Shown here: positions 9,000 to 18,297 of the stretch, piece after piece | Layout: each line of letters opens with the position of its first letter | How positions within the stretch are numbered: the first letter of the stretch is position 1 | DNA from: Octopus bimaculoides | Taxonomy: Eukaryota | Assembly: GCF_001194135.2 (NCBI RefSeq) | Contig: NC_069005.1 | Location: forward strand, 14,536,095 to 14,576,722 | Length of the DNA: 40,628 nucleotides | Reading direction: 5' to 3' | Made by a program: the position numbers and the translations under genes | Notes under the pieces: model-generated | Seen by the model: only the letters and a program-made list of their open reading frames with translations | Told to the model about the DNA's origin: nothing | Databases searched by the model: none

Positions 9000-11900
9000 T
9001 TGACTGTCATTGGAACCGGGAAGGCGTTTTAATTGTCCTGCTCTTGCACGTGGTTACTCGGTTCTTTGATGACAGTTCCTTGTGATGGGTTGGTGTGATA
9101 TGGCTACGGCGGCCCGTTTGGTGGTTGGGCTACCTGAACGGGGCTGTCAATATCGAGACGGGCCGGTTTCAACCTATCGATGGAGATTGTGTCTTGTCCG
9201 CCAATTAGGAGTTGGAATGATTTATCTCCCGGATGTATGACTTGATATGGACCATCGTAGGGTGACTGGAGGGGTTTTCGTCGTGTGTCATTTGGTACGG
9301 ATGATCTGGATGTACCGTGTGTCGACATGGGAACAGGGCGTAACTGGTCCACGCTGTCTCTCAGTTAAGCGAGGTACCTTTTGACATTTGGGTCTGACTT
9401 CGTATTCGGAAGGAACTCTCCTGGCACTGTAAGAGGGGCATCATACACCATTTCCGCGGAGGAAGTGTTGAGATTTTCTTTTGGGTCGATGAGGATTCCC
9501 AGCATCACCCGTGGGAGTTGGTCAATCCAATTTGGTCCGTTAAGTCTGNNNNNNNNNNNNNNNNNNNNNNNNNNNNNNNNNNNNNNNNNNNNNNNNNNNN
9601 NNNNNNNNNNNNNNNNNNNNNNNNNNNNNNNNNNNNNNNNNNNNNNNNNNNNNNNNNNNNNNNNNNNNNNNNNNNNNNNNNNNNNNNNNNNNNNNNNNNN
9701 NNNNNNNNNNNNNNNNNNNNNNNNNNNNNNNNNNNNNNNNNNNNNNNNNNNNNNNNNNNNNNNNNNNNNNNNNNNNNNNNNNNNNNNNNNNNNNNNNNNN
9801 NNNNNNNNNNNNNNNNNNNNNNNNNNNNNNNNNNNNNNNNNNNNNNNNNNNNNNNNNNNNNNNNNNNNNNNNNNNNNNNNNNNNNNNNNNNNNNNNNNNN
9901 NNNNNNNNNNNNNNNNNNNNNNNNNNNNNNNNNNNNNNNNNNNNNNNGGTTCATAGTTGCCGAGGGGTGCTTTGGTGTGTTGATGGACCTTGGCTTGCTG
10001 ACGGGATGCAGGTCCTGGTCTAGTCCCCGATTTGCTTGGCCATACCGTGCCAGATAAATTTACATGACAGCGGCCGCCGTGTGGCTTTAGTACCTGGGTG
10101 GAGAAGTCCGTGAATAACGTGGAAAACTTTCTTGCGCCAGGCTGATGGGGACGATCGGTCGTGGCTTCCCAGTGGGTACGTCACACAGTTTGGTTGTGCA
10201 ACGAAAGTGATGTGATGGCAGTGCGGTAGGCCCTGATCTCGTCATCTGTCTGTTGGGTTGCAGCCATAGCTTCGTAATCCAGGATTTCCGTTATTGGCGC
10301 TAAGTAGGTGTGAGAGCAGGTAGGATCAGGAGAGTGCGTTGACAACTGGGTTGCCCTTGCCGGCTATGTGTTGGATGTCTGTGGTGTACTCAGAAATGGC
10401 CGATAGCTGTCGTTGCTGGCGTGCAGACAAAGGCTCCGAGAGCTTGCTCACAGCAAAAGAGAGTGGTTTGTAATCGGTGAACACTGTAAAGGTGCGGTCT
10501 TCAAGGAAATATTCCCCGTCGAAAGCACTGTATTTCTGTTCAGTGGGTCGTAGTTGTCGACTGAAGAATGCAAACGGTCGCCATTGACTGTTGATGTGTT
10601 GTTCCAAAACGCCCCCAATGGCTGTGTCGGATGCGTCAACTGTGAGTGCGGTCCAAGCTGACATATGAAGATGGGGTAGCATGGTTGCTTTAGCTAGGGC
10701 TTGCTTTGTGCATTCGAAGGTTGAAGTCATTGTACTATCCCACTCCACCTGTCTCTTTGAACCGTCTCTTGACAGTGCCTCGTATAAGGGTCTCATCACT
10801 CTTGCTGCAGAAGAGATGAAGTGATGGTAAAAGTTTACCATGCCCACGAATTGGTGTAGAACCTTGCTTGTGGTGGAGCGTAGAAAGGATAGGATAGCTT
10901 TCACTTTTTCTGACAGGGATGTAGCGCCGGCACTTGTAATTCGATGTTCCAAGAAGTCGGTTTTTGTCACCAAAAACGCACTTGGCGGTGTTGATTACTA
11001 AACTATTTCTTATGTAGCTCCGCATTTTGGCTTGCAATAAGGATATCATCTAAATAGGCAAAGACAAAATCGTGACCTCTGTATACGGTGTTCATCAAGT
11101 GTTGGAAGGATTGTGCTGCGTTTTTCAACCCAAAGGGTGTACGTGGAAATTCGTACAGACCGAAAGGAGTGATCACAACGGTTTTCGATACACCGTCGTC
11201 TTATACTGGTATTTGGTGGTATCCTTGGATAAGGTCAGCCTTCGAGAAAACCGAGCATCCGGCTAGCTGAGCTGAGAAACCCTGTATGTGTGTGGAATGG
11301 GGTAGCGGTTAGGTGTCGTATCTGCGTTGAGACGTCGGTAATCTCTGCAAGGTCGATAACCTCCTTTGGATTTGGGAGCTACATGCAGGGGTGACGACCA
11401 GGGACTGCTTGATCGGCGAACTATGCCCAATGCCTCCATATTGTCGAACTCGGCCTTTGCGATTGCAAGTTTGTCTGGTGATAGATGACGTGCGCGACTG
11501 TACACTGGGGGGACGGTGGTGGAGATGTGGTGTGTCACCCCGATGCAGGCTGTAGGTTTGGAAAATGTCAGAGTGGTGAGATTGGAGCNNNNNNNNNNAC
11601 ACGGAAGCGTATGTGTTATTATCGATGAGTCGTCTTCTCCGCAAATCAAGCATTAGCAAGTATGCTCAAAGAAAGTCTGCCCCGATTATTGGCTGACGGA
11701 CATCGGCGATGGTGAATGCCAATGTGTATTTTTGTGAGCCGATGTTGAGAGAAAGGGTGCGGCGGCCGTACGCCTTGATTGTGGATCCGTTGGCGGCTGT
11801 TAAAAGTTGGCTCCGCTTTCCATGACGGAGGTCCCTTGCCGACGCCAGGACCACGCTGACTTATGCTCCTGTGTCGATTAGGAACCTGCGTCCGGAGCTC

Positions 11901-13230
11901 CGATCGTAGACATAGAGGAGCATTTGATCATGGCGGCCGACCCTGTAGTTTCCTTGGGTCACTGGACCCCGAAGCTACATGGTTGTTTGCACTTTGTCGC
12001 CTTTTTCCCGAACTTTTCTCGGTAGAAGCACAGGTCATCTTGCTTAATTCTACCCCTTCTCGGGGCCGACCCTATGACGTTGACTGGATAAAAAATGTAC
12101 GCCAGCTGCCTTCGCTAATTGCCGCAGGTCCTTGATTTTGGTCTGAGTTATGAGGGCCTGGACCTGGGGTGACAGCTTGCGGAGGAATATTTCCCTAAAC
12201 AAAAAGGAACGTGAGTCACCGGGGGGAACTCATGCCAACATCTTGTCCATCAGTTCCGAAGGCTTAGAATCGCCTATTTCCTCCTCCAGTATCTTGGCTG
12301 CCGCTTCTCGTTCACTACGTCTGAAAGTATCCACTAGCCTGGTTTTCAATATGGCGTATTTGTGCGTTGGTGGGGTTGGGTTAAGGGTTAAAATGTCCAG
12401 CAGCCTCGTTGCCGTATCTTCACGTCTGACAAGGGTGCAGGTTTTGGTGTATGTGTGTAAGTGGGTGCAGGCTTGCAGGTTTGGGTATGAACGTTGAGAA
12501 AAAAATTTTGTTTTGTTTTACAAACAAAATAAAGAGCAGTGTATAAATGGGTCAGCGTGCTCAGAAAGAAATTGCAGATATTCAAAAGAAAACATTTAGC
12601 AGAAACCATGTTATAAAAATAGGTGAACAATGCGTGTGCAAGAAATGTGCAATGCCAGTGGCCAACGAGAAAATTTTTTTTATAAGAATATAGAACATTC
12701 AAAAACATTTACTTGTTTTAGTAAAACGAGTCGTCGCCGAATTAAGTGTTACGTGTAAACAAATGAAGGTGTGCAGTGCAAACAAATCAGAATGAAAATG
12801 ACAAACTTGGCTAGAAAATGTCCTGGTCTTGAAAGACTAAAAAGTAGCATTTGAAATGCAAAAATATGTGTATGCAAAGAAAGTTCAAGTCTATATACAA
12901 AAGTTCACGTGACATGCAGGGCTGCGTTTGAGAAGTCTGTGGAGAACGTTTCATGTGCGGGCTTCTATATTTTCATCCAGATGGATTTTGGTCGAATGAC
13001 TGTCGAGATTTTGCGTTTTTTTATTGTAGATGTTTCTTTCGTAGCTCTGCAACATTCTGTGTGCATTCTGTGGCAAGTTGAAAGTGCATGGTGAGTGTCC
13101 ATTGTGTCGGCGAGTTCTTTTCCTGTGATAGTCGAAACGGAAACTGTGTACAGTAGAAGTTGTTATTCTTGTCTTCGATGTGACGAGCATGATGTGAAGG
13201 CTGTTATTTTTTATTACGTCGGGGTCACCA
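9000..13230 (-). mobile_element. Decayed Ty3/Gypsy LTR retrotransposon, CsRn1 clade (internal region)
   Basis: PBS TGGTGACCCCGACGT complementary to tRNA-Trp (13230-13216); gag IGDSKPSELMDKML..FLFREIFLRKL and CHCC-type CFY(R)EKFGKKATKCKQPC (~12035-11975); protease FLIDTGA (11885-11865); RT RPCRDYRRLN, YLDD (11056-11045); RNase H TVDASDTAIGGVL; integrase HHCC region (~10260-10060) and SPYDGPYQV GPY/F module (~9260-9230). Stops, frameshifts and deletions throughout. Confidence 0.9.
13216..13230 (-). promoter_or_regulatory. tRNA-Trp primer binding site
   Basis: TGGTGACCCCGACGT is the complement of the metazoan tRNA-Trp 3' end ...ACGUCGGGGUCACCA. Confidence 0.8.
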
Positions 13231-14088
13231 ATAGTAGCGGGCTAAAGTGATGTGCCATATCAATTGATATGATGAAGCCCAGTACCGAATGTAGCGTGTA
13301 GATGTAACGCTTAAAGGTTCTCGCGTCGGACTAACCAGTGAACATCGAAGAATCAACATCAAGAAGGAAGAAATATTACTTACATATATTTATTCGTTTG
13401 CCCGACATGTAGTTAGAGATACAGCAGCAATTCTAGTGACAAGGATGGCTCACTGGTTAGTAGTTGATAGTGTACAAGTTGCTGTCAGTAGAGACTAAAA
13501 GAGTAAAGAATACACGATGCCCAACTAAAAAGGATGAAGGTGGTATCGTCTTTCTTGTGGCCGAAAGGAAAGTGTTGCTCTTGGTCATGGCTGACGCAAA
13601 AAACAGCTTGTTGCTCGTTGGTCTGACTGACACAAAAGAGGTAGAGAAGGGAAATGTTCTGTGTGATGTAGGTCAAACCCTAAACAAAGGACTGACCTTT
13701 CCTTGACCAGCACAGGTGCTTGGTGATCAAGTGCTCCCTCATCAATCATCTGGTGCGGAGAGGATTTCCCGCTTCTTTTGACAAGCAGCAGGCGGGTATA
13801 TTTGGTTTCAAATCACAGGCAGGGCGAAGCGAGTTCCTACACGTACATAGATAAAGCTTGTCATCAAAGAAAGGTAAGCGATTTTTAGTTTATTGAGAAA
13901 CAAAAAAGAACTGGTGACATGAATAAGAAATTAACCCCAGCTGCTGACCGAAAGATAGGTCACATGCACATATATATACTTGCATACCCACAAACACATA
14001 CAAAAATACATATTGTACATACGTCCTCACACTGACCTATACATCCATACACACAAACACATGCACAAAAAAATACACAAGCAAACGA

Positions 14089-14263
14089 GGTACTACTAAA
14101 GCAGAGTGGTCCCGAACGCGCAGTCGCGCGTCCGCGCTAGCTAACCCTAAACATAAACACATGTATTCATTTTCACACGCGTACGCGCACTTTTTGTAGG
14201 ATCGACCACTCACGACTAGCTAGCGCGGGTGCGCGTTCGGGACCACTCTGCTTTAGTAGTACC
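14089..14263. mobile_element. 175-bp MITE, Mutator-like (9-bp TSD)
   Basis: Perfect 34-bp TIR GGTACTACTAAAGCAGAGTGGTCCCGAACGCGCA (14089-14122 / 14230-14263) plus a 12-bp inner IR; TSD AGCAAACGA at 14080-14088 and 14264-14272. Confidence 0.9.
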
Positions 14264-14371
14264 AGCAAACGATTTGTGAAAACAAAAAAGCTGCGTGTGT
14301 GTGTGTGTGTATATATTGTTGGCGATTTTTTTCCTTCGTCTTCCTTTTCTCTTGGACTTTCCTCTGTCTCC

Positions 14372-14408
14372 TGTTTCTGAAGAAGAGCTTTGCTCGAAAC
14401 GTAAAATA
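14372..14408 (+). ncRNA. Minimal type I hammerhead ribozyme, intact core
   Basis: TGTTT-CTGAAGA-A-GAGC(TTT)GCTC-GAAA-CGTA^AAATA; 5-bp stem I, 4-bp stem II, palindromic ACGT stem III, GUA cleavage triplet after 14403. Confidence 0.75.
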
Positions 14409-14530
14409 CCCTTTCATTGCCTGAGCGTCTCATTAATACTTTGCATGTACCACATGCTCGCGTTGTTGTTTTTTTTCTTGTATTGTTTTATTTTATTTGT
14501 ATATATATATATGTAAATAAAACAATATAT

Positions 14531-14614
14531 GGCGAAGGTAAAGAATACGCACACCCGGTGTCTAGAGTTAGGGTTGCGCCGAAAACGGGTGGTTTGCGTA
14601 TTTTTACCTCCGCC
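14531..14614. mobile_element. 84-bp mini-MITE / hairpin flanked by TA
   Basis: GGCGAAGGTAAAGAATACGCACACCCG versus (rc) GGCGGAGGTAAAAATACGCAAACCACCCG. Confidence 0.6.
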
Positions 14615-15171
14615 TATATATATATATAGAGAGAGAGAGGGAGAGAGGGGACTGTTCAGTTCACTCACGGAGATGAAAGGAAATGTCGGATTCGAACAGC
14701 ACATGAAAATAGAAAATTATGACCGGAAATTGCCGAATAAATAGGTAAAATTGCTGATTTGATCAATGACATCTACATGACTTTCTCCGCAAGATCGCCA
14801 TTAACTTTTTAATGTTTCTAGCTTTAATGTTAATACGAACGTAAGTATTGTTTTTTATGCTGATTGGTGTCTGATTTATATCTAAGCAATTTCATTATTT
14901 CTTTTACGTCAGTTTTACCTGTTAATTCTTCTTTCAAATATGACAAGTGCTATGCTTCGCTGATGAGGTTACAATACGATCGCAACACGTCCGGAGTTGT
15001 TCCATGCGCTTGCTTGTTTTGCTTCTTGCTTGCTTGCTGAAATAATTAAAAACATTAAGCATTGACATAATGTTATTTTTTGATCGTCATAAACAACCAG
15101 CGTACCTGAAAAATACTTTCGTTCTTTAATAGGAGCACTCCGTCGGTTACGACGACGAGGGTCCCAGCTGA

Positions 15172-15403
15172 TACGATCAACGGAACAGCTTGCTCGTGAA
15201 ATTAACGTGCAAGTGGCTGAGCAATCCACAGACACGTGTGCCCTTAACGTAGTTCTCAGGGAGATTCAGCGTGACACAGTGTGACATGGCTGGCCCTTTG
15301 AAATACGGGTACTACTCATTTTGCCAGCTGAGTGGACTGGAGCAACGTGAAATAAAGTGTTTTGCTCAAGGACACAACACGTCACCGGGAATTGAACTCG
15401 CGA
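15172..15403 (-). mobile_element. tRNA/CORE-like SINE family D
   Basis: Minus strand GAGTTCAATTCC B box followed by TGTTGTGTCCTTGAGCAAAACACTTTATTTCACGTTGCTCCAGTCCACTCAGCTG. Confidence 0.7.
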
Positions 15404-15617
15404 AATTGAACTAATTGAAATTATCGAAATAAGACAATTTTTTACATGAAATAAATTCGAATACAAAAATTATTTTCTGTTCTATAACACAAAATAGATA
15501 AGTATACGAAGTTTGAAAGTCTTTCGGTACCAAAAACACTACATAAAACATAAATGAAAACTGGTGCCCCCGTTTTGAACAAGATCCGGAAGTGTTAATT
15601 TTTACAGGCATTTCGTT

Positions 15618-15683
15618 TGTCTTTGTTTTGAGTTCAAATTCCGCCGAGGTCGACTTTGCCTTTTATCCTTTCGGGATCGATAA
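15618..15683 (+). mobile_element. SINE family B fragment
   Basis: TGAGTTCAAATTCCGCCGAGGTCGACTTTGCCTTTTATCCTTTCGGGATCGATAA. Confidence 0.75.
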
Positions 15684-16001
15684 CAAAAATCAAACCAATT
15701 GTCCACACAGATTTTCAATGAGACCACCTAACTTTATCCCGACTTCCACTACTTGTTTTATGATCCAGTAAGTGAAACTATAGAAGTCAGCATACATTGA
15801 TCGACATTTGCTGGAAACAAAGCAATGAAGCGAAAGTCTAAAATGCTTCTCTACTGATATCGACCTGCCCTATATCATTGTCTGCAGTCAACTGTTGCTC
15901 ACCAAATATAGGGGGTTCCTATAAGGTTGTTATCCACCCCTGATTGGAACTCTCCCGTATGACATGTAAGCATGCTCAGTGACTTGCTTTAATTTCCGCA
16001 G

Positions 16002-16251
16002 ATGCAAATACTGCTGTATATGCAGCCACTATAGAGGGAAGAATGTAGACGGCAAAGTTATTTCACTACATAGATATCTTGCAAACGTAGCTATTTGTCG
16101 TATTTGGCTTCAGAGATCGAGACTTGTGAGGAAAGACTTTGTTTACACTGCAAATAGCCAAATGTGTTCCCAGCATTTCGTTAATTTTAATGGACCATCG
16201 AAAGATCACCCCTTGCCATCCGTTTTTCCAAACAAAGTATTTAAAATATCA
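16002..16251 (+). pseudogene. THAP (C2CH) domain exon
   Basis: CKYCCICSHY...ISLHRY...IW...MCSQHF...LPSVF; bounded by acceptor TTAATTTCCGCAG (16001) and donor GTAAGT (16252). Confidence 0.75.
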
Positions 16252-16590
16252 GTAAGTGCATGATCATATACGCTGTTAGTAGATGAGTGAAATGTCTCTT
16301 TGATTTATCTCCTCATTAACAGATTAGAACATGTTAAAATTCAAGAGAGAAACAAATTCGAGTGGTGTACGTTGGGCTAAACACGAATGTTTAATCTAAT
16401 AATTGTTGTGTTGATGTACAGGTATTTTTAATAAAGAATTTTGCATTCAAATAATAAATACATTGAAATTGTTGTTAATGTTCTGAATGATTGTGGGAAT
16501 TTCGAGTAAGCCTAGCTATGATATTTTTCTTTATATATATATAGGTCTAGCATATTAAAAAAAATCCGAAGATTAAAATTATATTACATA

Positions 16591-16656
16591 CAAAAATAAG
16601 AGGAATGACCAGCATATAGTAGTCCACTTTTGTTGGTCATTCCTCTTATTTTTTTG
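16591..16656. repeat. Hairpin / mini-MITE with 23-bp arms
   Basis: CAAAAATAAGAGGAATGACCAGC versus GTTGGTCATTCCTCTTATTTTTTG. Confidence 0.8.
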
Positions 16657-16929
16657 TATATATATATATATGTGTGTGTTTATTTGATTAAATAATGAAT
16701 TTACAGCATTGAATCTAATATTCCTCTAATTAGACTTTATAGTGTGACTGTCCCTACCTCTTCTACACCTCATCATACTCATGGCCAAATCAGTGAATGG
16801 TTGCTGAAATCAGATTGGGATCAGGCAATACTTCACCGAGAGGAGATATAAGCTTCTGCTTATTCCTGTCTGAAGTATCGTCCGATGAATTTACTTTGTT
16901 GACATTCTTCATCGACAGAATTTGTATAC

Positions 16930-17048
16930 CTTTCAATCAAGTCCGCCTTTCTTCCAGTAACATACTGTCCATATAATCTTAAATATTTCTTTAACTCAGG
17001 CACAGTAAGTACTTCGATAGCTGAATCATCAAGCTGCTTTATATCCAT
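16930..17048 (-). pseudogene. SAP domain exon
   Basis: MDIKQLDDSAIEVLTVPELKKYLRLYGQYVTGRKADLIER matches the SAP pattern; candidate donor AG|GTATAC at 16930; downstream KLISPLGEVLPDP-like segment at ~16860-16810. Confidence 0.7.
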
Positions 17049-18158
17049 GATAAGACGTAAAACAATAACAATAGCGTGGGTAGTCTGCGGAAGTTTAATT
17101 GTCTACATGGAGCGCCGCCTAGCCAAGGGAGATAACCTACTTATAGGAAAGCCCTATACATAAGCTCCACAAGGCAAGTCTTTGTGGATATGAGGCCTCA
17201 AAAAGAGAGAAAAATCTTACCTTTGATAACCCCTTGTATAGACAACATCCGATGGATTTTTTTCTCCCTCATCTGAATGTGTTACTATTCACCAAACGCA
17301 GCATCCCAAACAGCACATTGCTGAATTACGAATTAATCCCAACGACGCAAGAAAGTTAATTGTTCTTCCATATTTTGTTAATGATGTCCCAATTCTCACG
17401 GGTGCTTATTGTTTTAAGAAGTTAGTCATATATTCTATACATGAACAATTCCAAAATAAACTTTTCAGTTCCAAAGATAAAACATTCTCCCAATTTTATT
17501 TCATCGCCGAGTTCAGTCGAGTACTACCAAATATTTTACTTTTCTTTTTATTATACTGATCTTTACGTTCTGAATAATAAAACGAAATATCGTACATACT
17601 TCGTAATGGAGGAAGGATGCAATAATAGCCATGAAAACGATTAATAGTAAAATGCCGAAATTAAACTAGCCTGTCTATCTATCCATCTCCGTATATGATT
17701 ACCTGTCACTCGTAACTACTTTACGCCGTACCAAGGTAATGCTTCTTTATCTTATTACATATAAAACAACGTGACCATACGTTTTTCACGTTCGAATATG
17801 AGCTTTTAGTCTAACAGCACCATCACCGTGTTTATATCGTTGTCAATGGTACAAGATGAACGCAGTTCTTCAATAACGGGATTTTGTTTTTTCAAGCAGG
17901 TCAATTGTTTGTGCGTTCTTCAATAATAGTACAGTTTGGTTCCTCTTTAAAATATTTGGTGAAGTTTTGGAATAACTGTCACTAACAATGCAAAGCAAAA
18001 AATTGGGGAGTGGGTTTTAAAAAAAAATATTTCTTTAGTATTCGTATGTTTCATTCAGGGAAAATATGACTTTAAACGTTTTTTTTCCCCCACAAAAAAT
18101 TTGCAATTTTCTTAATTTTGACCCCCCCCCCCCAAACCATCAATTTATATTAGATATT

Positions 18159-18297
18159 ATTGGTTTCAAATTTTGGTCCAAAGCCAGCAATTTTAGGGGA
18201 GGGGTAAGTGGATTACATCAACCTCAGTGTTCAACTGATCCTTCTTTTATCGACTGTGAAATCATGAAATGCAAAGTCCCTCGGCGGAATTTGACGG
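18159..18297 (-). mobile_element. SINE family B copy
   Basis: TTGGTTTCAAATTTTGG...CCAGCAATTTTAGGGGAGGGGTAAGT...TCGGCGGAATTTGA is the reverse complement of the family B body. Confidence 0.7.

Larger units (their letters stand above)
15910..17155. mobile_element. Internally deleted two-gene DNA transposon (ISL2EU/PHIS-like) carrying convergent THAP and SAP exons
   Basis: TIRs AGGGGGTTCCTATAAGGTTGTTATC versus (rc) AGGGCTTTCCTATAAGTAGGTTATC, with AT on both flanks (TA or TATA are alternative readings); THAP exon on +, SAP exon on -. Confidence 0.6.

Noticed and set aside
13464-13920. GC-richer block with short ORFs beyond the Gypsy PBS
   Set aside because: Could be LTR or another repeat, but no protein motif or matching second copy is visible.
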